The position numbers and the translations under genes are program-made. The notes below the pieces were generated by a model, which was given only the letters and a program-made list of their open reading frames with translations, was not told the origin of the DNA and made no database searches. From IMG/VR virus record IMGVR_UViG_3300001605_000011: a stretch of 54,019 bases of DNA. The stretch is one strand, 5' to 3'. The stretch's first letter is position 1. The number at the start of each line of letters is the position of its first letter. Below are positions 36,301-43,922 of this stretch, piece by piece. The DNA is from an uncultured virus (IMG/VR IMGVR_UViG_3300001605_000011). Taxonomy: Duplodnaviria > Heunggongvirae > Uroviricota > Caudoviricetes.

Positions 36301-36755
36301 GCCTGTGAGCTCATACGGGCTGCCATCCCTGATCGCTGCCCGAACATTGTTTTCTTGAGCGGGACGATGGACGCCGCGTGACCGTACAGTGACTCTGCGT
36401 CAGGTATGCGGTAATCCGCGGTACCAGCCTGGGCCATCTGCATCTTTCCGCCACGGACTACCACGTCGTAGCCTTTTGTGGACGACGGACCTATAGCCAG
36501 CGTAGCATCTGCCAAGTCACCAGGGGTCACAAACTTCTCGGCCCCTTCCCTGTCTTTGACAGGGATGTAGAGCTTGTTGTCCCGACCAATGTGGGCATTT
36601 CTGGTCAGTTGGCCGTCTACACCTACCTTCAAGCTATTACCGGTCCAAACGGCCGTAGAGCTGCCTGGGTCGCGAGTGTAAATCAACCCACCAGGCACTT
36701 CAGCACAGTAGACGTCACCGGCGTACTTAAACGTCGTCACGTAGGCGTTTATCAC
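33123..36755 (-). CDS. rpoB: RNA polymerase beta C-terminal half fused in frame to the beta' N-terminus; contains intein 2 and the end of intein 1
   Basis: ALGKNF...NWEDGIIVS, GSKVSGRAGNKGVV, NPLAVPSR-like ISPLAVPSR, LSH; then beta'-like PIKGGLMDPAIFG...FGVIEL in the same frame. Confidence 0.92.
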   Translation of the reverse strand: MINAYVTTFKYAGDVYCAEVPGGLIYTRDPGSSTAVWTGNSLKVGVDGQLTRNAHIGRDNKLYIPVKDREGAEKFVTPGDLADATLAIGPSSTKGYDVVVRGGKMQMAQAGTADYRIPDAESLYGHAASIVPLKKTMFGQRSGMAARMSSQALPIDNPEAPLVQTGVPGTEYDSFEARAGEIMGAVRAKSRGRVIKAAPDQLTVQYADGTQDKISLDNNRPGARKSVFHHTPMVQVGQQFAPGQLLAKSNFTDDEGVAALGKNFNTALMAWGDNWEDGIIVSQSAADAMRVQQAYKYGMEKKDGNTVGKKDFVVRFGNIYDAKQLDAIDDDGVIRPGTTVRRGDPLLLAVREKNEVGNRVHRQGKLNFSDASLTWDHQHDGVVTDIYNDEQGKQVVVRTSSPLEVGSKVSGRAGNKGVVTVMPDSEMPIDARGERVDMVISPLAVPSRGNSEFPIEMLLAKAAKARGRAYRVEDRDDRDAWQYAVQEAEKYGVPVKEDVTDPKTGRKIKGVNVGPVFTMALSHTAESKVSSRGLGAYTCFDDQTEALTDRGWVPWPEVKDDDRLASVDADNRLVYEVPTAVARYAYKGKLCGFTGRYIDYLVTPNHRMWVRNTRRKGKEHQPNQQYRFVQAAYLPSRKRGWATKQAGMLPDAGSNPVFYTIPGVPRPKHGGLGSEDVHIEAGDYAELVGWFLSEGLTTYNKKWREWNVTISQCEHINPDDFKRIRWLLDRLPFKYSIAKASKKYPESGRRGFRIRSKQLYLHLSQFGKGCQNKFIPRFLLEASVPVRRRLFDSLMAGDGSYQVTGTRTFGSYTTTSKRLADDVQELAMRLGVGGGIHIGKVADEENNVRTAYAVGLFLTRTDAFIGEHPRSNARFYEKPYVGYVYCATVPSGLLVVRRNGKVLVTGNSENLPARGASDDAQAKRQSGQQLYSHLAHGAYETSREGTLLRGQRQDDYWAAFMSGNAIGMPQVSEQYEGLISKLKASGINPVRSGTKVQLMAMTDKDTEKLAGSRVVRVADTVDMYKDLAPIKGGLMDPAIFGDGDKFGVIELPTKIPNPVFETSIKRLLDLTDKQYRGVISGQEPLGKYGTGIQALEKRLSEIDVDHELEEARVDVRGSRKIAREKAVRRMQQLQGFKRSGVHTEGSTHQQSTCAATTLQAHCANARQERRAGKRRQLLVQGVDASWGECRRAEQTRAKRWRRDASYVRRT
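34035..35141 (-). mobile_element. Intein 2 with LAGLIDADG homing endonuclease (369 aa)
   Basis: GAYT|CFDDQTEALTDRGW ... VTPNHRMWV ... LVGWFLSEG ... LMAGDG ... VYCATVPSGLLVVRRNGKVLVTGN|S. Confidence 0.92.
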
Positions 36756-37695
36756 CTTTAACGTTGTTCTTGCCGTTTACGTTACGGATGGTTCGCTTGT
36801 GTATGTAAATTTCGTACAGGTCGTGATAGGTATCTTTCCTGTCGTCCGGGTGTACTCCAATATCGGACGTACTTTGCCCTAGCGAAAACAGTACCCGCTG
36901 CAAGCCAACCACCAACTCCAGGCTAGTGCTCGAGTACGAGCTGCGATCGCCGTGGCGATCTAGGCGACCGTCTCCGCTGATTAGCGACGTAACAAGTGCC
37001 TTCCTGGCCGATACCGGCCAGTCTAGTACCTCGTCAGGTACGAACTTCTCGTGTGCCAGCCCGAACTGGCTCAAGTATTTAGCAATCGGCGGCGACGAGA
37101 ACGTGATTCCTCGACCGCTCTTCTTGTCTTGGTAACTGATACCCATGCGAGCGAGCAGATCAGCGATGGCAGCGTACTGCTCCGGGTTCTTATCTCGCAC
37201 TTTGGTGATATCAACACTTGCTCGCATTACCCCGCCACTTGGCAGCTCGTCGTAAGTGGTGTTACCTTCCGACAGGTACCACCCCAAAAACTCCGCCCAA
37301 TCTTCAATTGCGAATTTGGTGGGCTGATCTAGCGTACGCGGACTGGCACTGGGCGGAAGCTCGAAGTGGGTGATTGCCTCGTCTCCTACATACGGAGCGT
37401 GACCACCACACTGTAGCTGCCCGGTCTTGCCGAATAACTCCTGCGACTCCTTCAGGCGGAACTTCTTCACACCCATGGGCCGGAACCACATGCGGTGGTT
37501 AGGCGTAGACACATCCCGCAGATTCCTACCACCGATCTCTACCATATCCCCGACGTAATGGGATTTGATCAGCTTGATCGGGGTATGCCATTCCAAGCGG
37601 CCGTCGATCATACAGGCCAGCTCTAGCTCCGGCGTAAGCGTGTCCCACCGTACCCAGCCACCGCGGGTCATCACCTGCCCGTCAGGTAGCTTGCA
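36636..37695 (-). mobile_element. Intein 1 with LAGLIDADG homing endonuclease, frame break near its C-terminus
   Basis: TPE|CKLPDGQVMTRGGW ... TPNHRMWF ... FLGWYLSEG ... LISGDG ... then VYCAEVPGGLIYTR...WTGN|S in the next frame. Confidence 0.9.
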
Positions 37696-38658
37696 CTCTG
37701 GTGTCATCAGGATATCAACGAACCCGAACTGTCCGACGCTAATGTTGCGACTCTCGTCCGGTGTTGCAGTCGTTGAAGGTAAGCCACCCTCTCCGTACCT
37801 GGTGAGCTTGGTCAGCGTGGCCCGCACGTCGAGCGGATTAGTCTCCTCAATAGCTGCTGCCAGCCCGCTCCCGTTGATTGCAGCTTGGATTTGCCCGTCG
37901 AGGGCAGAAGATGCGATTGCGTCTGTGCTGTTCTTACGCAACGCTTTGTAGAGCAACTGCTTACGCATCCGACCGTAGTCATTCTTTATCCTCTCAGAGA
38001 AAATGTCTTCCGGACCGTGGTAACTGGCGTACATGGGGTGGTCGCGGTCATCTGGCGTTGCCGTACCTCTAGCGACATTAAGTACCTTATCAACTGCGGC
38101 CAGGATGACGTCTGGAGTTACCCTGTCTGACTCCATGCCTACTGTGCGTCTAGCTACCTCCGGGTCGATCACCATGTCATCGAATGCTTCCCGGATCTTT
38201 TGCTGCATCAGCCCCTTGTCTGCGTGGTCTTCTTTGCTCTGGTACCGCTTTGGTACCAGGCGTTCGTACAGCTTTCCTAGTGATTTGCCGTCAACCTTCT
38301 TGTAGTTGACATCCGCCAGCTCATCTCCCCAGCGGGACTTGATAGCTTCTTTGTCAATCCCGAACACGTCCAGCAACGCTGCCACAGGCACCTGGGAGTT
38401 GTTCACCTCGACGCTGACTACGCCAGTCTCCGGTGCCAGCACGTAGCTGTGGGACTTGCCGTGCCCTGTCGCAATGTTCATCTGTGCCGCAACTTCGCCT
38501 GAGTTGCGGTTACGCACGAATACGCCTGGCCTCAGCCGCTGCTGATAACCCATGACGTACTTCGTCCCACGCGAGATGAATGACCCATCGTGAAGAATAG
38601 CTGGCACGTTAGCAACGGTGCCTGTCTTGTGCGATATCACCTTGCCTCGTGATGTCAT
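36727..38658 (-). CDS. rpoB: RNA polymerase beta N-terminal part plus most of intein 1
   Basis: GSFISRGTKYVMGYQQRLRPGVF, DDRDH, ETNPL, GEGGL, GFVDILMTPE. Confidence 0.88.
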   Translation of the reverse strand: MTSRGKVISHKTGTVANVPAILHDGSFISRGTKYVMGYQQRLRPGVFVRNRNSGEVAAQMNIATGHGKSHSYVLAPETGVVSVEVNNSQVPVAALLDVFGIDKEAIKSRWGDELADVNYKKVDGKSLGKLYERLVPKRYQSKEDHADKGLMQQKIREAFDDMVIDPEVARRTVGMESDRVTPDVILAAVDKVLNVARGTATPDDRDHPMYASYHGPEDIFSERIKNDYGRMRKQLLYKALRKNSTDAIASSALDGQIQAAINGSGLAAAIEETNPLDVRATLTKLTRYGEGGLPSTTATPDESRNISVGQFGFVDILMTPECKLPDGQVMTRGGWVRWDTLTPELELACMIDGRLEWHTPIKLIKSHYVGDMVEIGGRNLRDVSTPNHRMWFRPMGVKKFRLKESQELFGKTGQLQCGGHAPYVGDEAITHFELPPSASPRTLDQPTKFAIEDWAEFLGWYLSEGNTTYDELPSGGVMRASVDITKVRDKNPEQYAAIADLLARMGISYQDKKSGRGITFSSPPIAKYLSQFGLAHEKFVPDEVLDWPVSARKALVTSLISGDGRLDRHGDRSSYSSTSLELVVGLQRVLFSLGQSTSDIGVHPDDRKDTYHDLYEIYIHKRTIRNVNGKNNVKGDKRLRDDV

Positions 38659-39020
38659 CGCGANNCTGCCAGGTACCTCGCAAACGCCTGCTTAGGCTGC
38701 CGCGACGCAGTAACGCCTTCTTCTCGTCCCGCACGTCGTAGTCCGGNTCGTCNTTNGCGTAGTGCACATCCGTCAGCAGAAGTGACTTGCCGTTGGCCGA
38801 CACCGCCGGCATTGCCGCAGCAGCTTCAGCTACGCGTTCGTATACGGCACGCCGCATCTCTGCGATGTCATCTACTCGGCGGTATGGTAAAGGTGCAGCA
38901 GGCTGTAGTGCGGGCGACTGCTGCATAGCCGTCGTTGATGTAGCAGGCTGCCCCATCTGCAACTGTCCCTGCTGCAACTGGGGTGCTCCGGCCAGTGTGA
39001 CCGTAGGGATCTTAGGCGAT
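38609..39020 (-). CDS. Extreme N-terminus of the RNAP beta-like gene (Ns, frameshifted; start uncertain)
   Basis: EKKALLRRGSLSRRLRGTWQ resembles the beta ECxxRxxTYSxPLR region; Ns at 38664-38756. Confidence 0.6.
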
Positions 39021-39911
39021 GGTTCGCTGTTTACCCTTAATAGGCTTCCGCTTGCGTTTGGTTGGCTGGAGGCTTTCATCATCTTTGGGCACGACCGCTA
39101 CGGTAGTTGGGACAGCTCGCTTCGGGTCAATAATCATTCGCTCTTCGTTGGCCCTGGCAATGGCTTTGCTGCGTGACGCACCGTATGCCTTGCTAGCGCC
39201 CTGGTGACCAGCATACGCGGCTAGACCTCCCGCCGCTAGCAAGTACGCCCCCAGTATCCGGTTAAACATACGAGTAGCCCCACCGTCCTCGTACGCCAAC
39301 TTGTGCTGTCCGGTCTTGTCGATTGCGTCCAGAAGTACGTCAAACGACTCCGCCAGCTCGCACGATGTCTTGCGCGTGGCGAAGCTGTGCAAGGCTGCCT
39401 CATATTCCGCCTTCGCTTTGTCCAGCTCTCGCTGACGAATGCGATTGCGAATTCCACGAATTGTCGCTGCGGTCAGCTTGCCCCCCAGCATCGCACCGCC
39501 CACGACAGTCGCCCCGGCTACCGGGGCAAACATGGCGAAGTCCTTCGGTGCCCTAGCACTGTCGTTAGGTATTGCTGTTACCAGGTCAGCTATCGACGCC
39601 TGCTTTTCGATGATCCGAACAGGAGCTGTTTCTTCACGCTTGATCAGCTTGCGGTGCTTTTTGTCACGACGCAACCTGGCCAGCTGCACTAGGCTGGTTG
39701 TCACGGCACCTGCGCCGGCTGATACACCGAGCAGCTGCATGAGCTGTGGGCTGATTTGGCTTACCGCATTCTGATGGAACTCCTTACGTACCTGCTCAGG
39801 CGATGGCAGATTGCCGGCCAGCTTAGCTGCGTTATTGCGGATAGACTTAGGTGTATTCACTTCGCAACTACTCGTGTACGTGTTCCAGTAAATCTTTTGA
39901 CAGCAGAGCAC
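39012..39911 (-). CDS. Putative internal virion protein (hydrophobic Gly/Ala segments, K-x-A motifs)
   Basis: KLA, KQA and KLA motifs separating hydrophobic helices. Confidence 0.65.
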   Translation of the reverse strand: MLCCQKIYWNTYTSSCEVNTPKSIRNNAAKLAGNLPSPEQVRKEFHQNAVSQISPQLMQLLGVSAGAGAVTTSLVQLARLRRDKKHRKLIKREETAPVRIIEKQASIADLVTAIPNDSARAPKDFAMFAPVAGATVVGGAMLGGKLTAATIRGIRNRIRQRELDKAKAEYEAALHSFATRKTSCELAESFDVLLDAIDKTGQHKLAYEDGGATRMFNRILGAYLLAAGGLAAYAGHQGASKAYGASRSKAIARANEERMIIDPKRAVPTTVAVVPKDDESLQPTKRKRKPIKGKQRTIA

Positions 39912-40248
39912 GCTGCTCCACCCACGCGATGTCGTAATACACCCGCGGTTTTACCTTATCCCCACCACGAACGATAGTTTGGAATCGGATAATTTGAAAC
40001 TCACCCAGACCCGCCCGTTCGAAAACATCTGCCAACGTTCTATCGTAATGCTTTTCTTCCGGTACTTTGATGTCAAAAACACCACAACCGAACTTGCCTA
40101 CAATTACCGTGCTCGTGTTGAACTCGTCGTCAGACATCAACTCCTGATTGTGGCCGACAATCGGTACACGGTGTTCTTTGTAAAACCGATAGTCCAGTTG
40201 GCTTGTTTTTGCCGCTTTGTCTTGGCGATTACGCCGCGTCACTCCCAT
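39868..40248 (-). CDS. Hypothetical protein
   Basis: 126 aa ORF in operon context. Confidence 0.6.
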   Translation of the reverse strand: MGVTRRNRQDKAAKTSQLDYRFYKEHRVPIVGHNQELMSDDEFNTSTVIVGKFGCGVFDIKVPEEKHYDRTLADVFERAGLGEFQIIRFQTIVRGGDKVKPRVYYDIAWVEQRALLSKDLLEHVHE

Positions 40249-40744
40249 CTTGCTGCCCCTTGCCGTGTCGTCTGTAATTCTCTGCGTTTCTACGCAGTGC
40301 AGCTACCAGCTCCTGGTGCTGTATTTCTTTGATCTGCGACGCGTCATCGCCTGCCATTTCAGCCAGCCCTTTACCAGTCAAGTAGGCCCCTCCCGCTAGC
40401 GCAACGGGTGCCGCTACCGCCACGGCAGGTGCCGCACGCATAGCGAGCGATGTAATACCGTCTGTCAACTTACCCGCACGTGTGCCTGCCCACCCACCTA
40501 GCTGACTTGCCAGCGTTGCTAGCAAAGATACCGCCACCGGACCCGCCGGCACGTTGGCTAGCTTACGCATACTTTCGTGGTCATCATCCGACTGCATGCA
40601 TAGGATCAGATCTGCCGGCGACATAACGACAGCTGCTTCCGCCATCGCGTTTACCGCCAACTTAACCTGGGCATGCGTCATACCCTGTGCGATAAGACCC
40701 GACAGGATTCCGCCCACCACCGCGATACGCTGCTGTTCGTTCAT
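40229..40744 (-). CDS. Putative internal virion protein
   Basis: Ala/Gly-rich; KLA twice. Confidence 0.65.
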   Translation of the reverse strand: MNEQQRIAVVGGILSGLIAQGMTHAQVKLAVNAMAEAAVVMSPADLILCMQSDDDHESMRKLANVPAGPVAVSLLATLASQLGGWAGTRAGKLTDGITSLAMRAAPAVAVAAPVALAGGAYLTGKGLAEMAGDDASQIKEIQHQELVAALRRNAENYRRHGKGQQDGSDAA

Positions 40745-41157
40745 TTTGCTTTCTTTATGCTAGCCATAGATACAGAAACCGGACGTGACCGCAGCCGAGC
40801 TCTCCGCATGCTTTCGTCTTCGTACTCGCCCTGCTCTTCTGCCTTCTTGATCGTCTCGTCGAGGCGTGAGGCAAACACTTCAGTTACTCTGGCACGCTCG
40901 CGAAACTGCGGGTCTCGCGTTTGTGCCGCCGCTTCTTTGTAACGGGCGATCATGTCACCCAACGCACCGAGTCTGGCTCTAGCGGATGACTGGGCCAGCG
41001 AGTTCTCCTGCACGACGCCGTTTTCGTCAGGCTTTCGCATGATCACACGCCCGTTTCTCGCGAACATCTCGATGTCCGCCAGGGTATCGCCTGCACCTTT
41101 GTTTCGGCTGATTTCCTGTGGTAGGTACAGGCCGCTGGCTGATCGTGAAAAACTCAT
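40741..41157 (-). CDS. Hypothetical protein
   Basis: 138 aa; ATGA coupling. Confidence 0.65.
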   Translation of the reverse strand: MSFSRSASGLYLPQEISRNKGAGDTLADIEMFARNGRVIMRKPDENGVVQENSLAQSSARARLGALGDMIARYKEAAAQTRDPQFRERARVTEVFASRLDETIKKAEEQGEYEDESMRRARLRSRPVSVSMASIKKAK

Positions 41158-41158
41158 T

Positions 41159-42091
41159 TCAATTACCGAAAATTAGTGGTACTGCCTTGCGTATCACACC
41201 GGCGAACATTCCTGTACGACGTAAAGTTCGCTGTGTTTCTGGTGATACGTTGAATAACGCCCCCAACATCTTACCCGCGGCGAAGCCTCCCAGGTAGCCA
41301 CCACCGGCAGACAGGCCAACCATGCCGAGATCACCTGCTGTTACACCTATCGCAGGCCTGTAGGGGTTGCTCACCCGCCTGGCACCCTCCATCGCCACGG
41401 TAATACCGACCCGTACTTCCTGCGGCAACTTCTGCGAGACGTAAGGGTCGTTCCATGCAATGCCGGTTATCTTCGACGGAACCACCATGTTCTGCCCTGC
41501 GTAAGAAAACCCTGCTGCCGTTTTCTGGCCCAGCAGGACGTCTCGTAAGGATTCACCACCGTGCATGCGTATGGCACCTGCGGCAGCCGCAGGTGCCGCA
41601 CCTAGCAGAGCCCCGGCGGCCGTCATGCCCAACCGTCTTTTACGGTTATCCGTCTCCTGTGCTGCGTCTGCTGCACGCCCTGTTGCGTACCCTAGGCCAC
41701 CACCCAGCATGCCTAACGCTAGCATGCTGACTAACACATTAGGTCTTGTGCTAATGCCACCTATGGTCCCAGGCCACAGCTGCGATACCACGCCGGCCTG
41801 GTGCAGTAGCGATGAATGCTGCGGCGGCCTTGTTCTTTTGTCATCCAAAGTTTGGCGATGGTAGCTCTCCAGATCAGGTACGTTGTCAAATCCTGTATCC
41901 GACCGGTTGACCAGCTCTTCAGCAAGCTTCGTGGCCTGGTCGCATGCGGCTGCGACCAGACCACTAACGCCCTCAAGTGACTCGTCACAGTCCGTAGTCA
42001 ATATCGAGTGGATCACCCCTGCGACTTTGTTGCCAGAGTCGCTGAAGCTGTACATACACGCGATGAACTCTTCCAATGACAAGTCAGTCAT
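41159..42091 (-). CDS. Glycine-zipper putative internal virion protein
   Basis: GMLGGGLGYATG and GGGYLGGFAAGKMLGAL; KVA, KLA and KTA motifs. Confidence 0.7.
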   Translation of the reverse strand: MTDLSLEEFIACMYSFSDSGNKVAGVIHSILTTDCDESLEGVSGLVAAACDQATKLAEELVNRSDTGFDNVPDLESYHRQTLDDKRTRPPQHSSLLHQAGVVSQLWPGTIGGISTRPNVLVSMLALGMLGGGLGYATGRAADAAQETDNRKRRLGMTAAGALLGAAPAAAAGAIRMHGGESLRDVLLGQKTAAGFSYAGQNMVVPSKITGIAWNDPYVSQKLPQEVRVGITVAMEGARRVSNPYRPAIGVTAGDLGMVGLSAGGGYLGGFAAGKMLGALFNVSPETQRTLRRTGMFAGVIRKAVPLIFGN

Positions 42092-42094
42092 AAC

Positions 42095-42595
42095 TCACTC
42101 GGTCGCCGTCTCGACTGTGTCGTCAACCATCGGCTGTTCAAAATGTGTTTGAACCGTTGGTTGCGCGGGCTCGGTCTCTACGGCAACAACTGGCGACTGT
42201 TTTTGCTTCGCCTTCCGCGGCTTTCGCGGCTTTCGTGAGCTGACCTTGACTTCTGGTTTCTCGACCACTTTCGCCGGCTTTGGCGAAACCGCATGCTTTG
42301 CCCGCGTAATCGGATCCGGCAAAACCTCTACCGTAATGTCCCTGCTCGGTACCGGATCGTCGGCAGACACGTTCCCGCGTACACGACGTTCAGCGTAAAA
42401 AACGCTCATCGCCATATCGACCTTACGGTGGTCGTTTCCAGGGACGTCGACCACCACGTTGAGCGATCCTTCCCGCACACTACGAGTGCTCGTGGTCAGG
42501 TTGCCCGCGGCATCTTTGTACGTGTACCGCAAAAACCGCTGATTAGACCGTAGTGGTCCAGTTACGGGTGACAGTGCTACCGAGTAGCGAATCAT
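42095..42595 (-). CDS. Hypothetical protein with Lys/Pro-rich tail
   Basis: 166 aa ORF. Confidence 0.6.
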   Translation of the reverse strand: MIRYSVALSPVTGPLRSNQRFLRYTYKDAAGNLTTSTRSVREGSLNVVVDVPGNDHRKVDMAMSVFYAERRVRGNVSADDPVPSRDITVEVLPDPITRAKHAVSPKPAKVVEKPEVKVSSRKPRKPRKAKQKQSPVVAVETEPAQPTVQTHFEQPMVDDTVETATE

Positions 42596-42598
42596 AGT

Positions 42599-43363
42599 TT
42601 AACCCTGCATGTTAATGGTTTTCTGATTGCGTTCCTGCAGCCAGTCTGCACGATCGAAACACAACCTGCAAGTGTTGCACGTCAGCCGGCTTATTTGCGT
42701 TACTTTACGCTTTTTACGCTCGACTGGACATACTAACGCGTCACCAATTGTAACAGCGTATTCCTTGCGTGTCTTTCTAAACACCAGATCCACTGGAAAT
42801 GACGCCGGCTCCAGGTTGTCCGTCAGGTAAGCCCGCAGCACTCCAGCGGTTTCCGGTGGCGGGCCAGTGACAGCGTCGCAGCTGAACCACAGCTGCACGT
42901 TCCGTAGCTTGGCAAGTTTTGTCAACGCTACCAGCATACTCTTAGACACGTTTCCGTCGCGGTCACGCCAGCTTCGCGTGTACGCGTAGAACTTCGTCGT
43001 GGGCACTGTAGTGGCAATCTTTCGCCACAAGTCAGTGTAACCCACGCTGTCAAAATCGCCTGACGAGTGTATCCGGACGGTCTGTACCGTCTCGAGACGT
43101 ATCTGCTGTCTTACCCGATACGCGAAATCAGCCTCGTTTCGAAGCTTGTCGTTCAGTTCGTACCGGCGTTGTACCGATGCCAACAGATAGTGCCCGCCCT
43201 TTGCGTAACAGTCTTCTGCGCAGCCGCCCTCGCCTATACTCTCGCCTGGGCAGGTTTTTCCGGCTGGCAGGGCAAAGTGCCAAATGGCTTTGCCTAGTTT
43301 CATGTTTCCCGCAATAAGCGGTGGCGGAAAGAACAGCACACGCGATGCGGTGTCTGTAGTCAA
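42599..43363 (-). CDS. GP88-like (phage gene product 88) Cys-rich protein
   Basis: GNMKL...FALPAGKTCPG...CAEDCYA...RIHSSGDF...FYAYTRSW...CNTCRLCF. Confidence 0.75.
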   Translation of the reverse strand: MTTDTASRVLFFPPPLIAGNMKLGKAIWHFALPAGKTCPGESIGEGGCAEDCYAKGGHYLLASVQRRYELNDKLRNEADFAYRVRQQIRLETVQTVRIHSSGDFDSVGYTDLWRKIATTVPTTKFYAYTRSWRDRDGNVSKSMLVALTKLAKLRNVQLWFSCDAVTGPPPETAGVLRAYLTDNLEPASFPVDLVFRKTRKEYAVTIGDALVCPVERKKRKVTQISRLTCNTCRLCFDRADWLQERNQKTINMQG

Positions 43364-43379
43364 CTACTTTGCTCCGGTG

Positions 43380-43889
43380 TCACACCACCTTACGCACCTT
43401 CGAGTTTTGCAATACCCGTCGGCGACGCACCGCGACGGTGATGTGGAATTTGAATGTTCTCCCGTCTTTGGTCGGGAGTGGCGTAAGACCATAGGACTTA
43501 CGCAGATTTTCCAGATCAGGTGAGTCCACGCTCAGGAACCACGCACGTTCCATCTCTTTCCAGCCGGCAGGCTCAACTTCCTTCAGCTCACCCAACTGAT
43601 AGTTAAACCGTTTGCCGACCTCGGTGACCTTGCTTAAGTCACCAATCTGGGCTATTTCCTCGGGCCGCATCACGCTGATGTGCGCGTTCAGCGTACCGTC
43701 CGAATGGTACGGCAGCTCGGCACCAGGAACATCCAACGCAAAAAACGCACCACGCAAGATTGCGTTGGGTACGCTCAGCAGTAGCCATCCACTTTTGGAT
43801 CGCTGCAGCCTCCCGGAGAAGGCCGGCACTGCTCGCGGTCGTTTGTAGGCCAGCTTAAACGCCGCAGATTGCGTCAGATCTATCTTCAT
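43380..43889 (-). CDS. 2H phosphoesterase
   Basis: Two Hx(S/T) motifs: AHISV and FHITVA; SPDLENLRKSYGL. Confidence 0.8.
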   Translation of the reverse strand: MKIDLTQSAAFKLAYKRPRAVPAFSGRLQRSKSGWLLLSVPNAILRGAFFALDVPGAELPYHSDGTLNAHISVMRPEEIAQIGDLSKVTEVGKRFNYQLGELKEVEPAGWKEMERAWFLSVDSPDLENLRKSYGLTPLPTKDGRTFKFHITVAVRRRRVLQNSKVRKVV

Positions 43890-43903
43890 ACCGCAGTTTT
43901 CCT

Positions 43904-43922
43904 GCCGGCGCTCAAGCGCCGG
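43904..43922. repeat. Dispersed palindrome copy 10 (inverted orientation)
   Basis: gccggcgctcaagcgccgg between a stop at 43923 and a start at 43889. Confidence 0.9.

Noticed and set aside
34035..37695. Group I introns in the RNAP gene
   Set aside because: The insertions are in frame with Cys...Asn/Ser splice junctions and Hint blocks, so they are inteins
32363..39020. Cellular rpoBC locus from a bacterial chromosome
   Set aside because: No flanking ribosomal-protein genes, strong divergence, truncated beta', and wholly phage-like neighbours
3415..43922. CRISPR array formed by the palindromic repeats
   Set aside because: Copies are hundreds of bases to kilobases apart with no regular spacers, and no cas genes are visible
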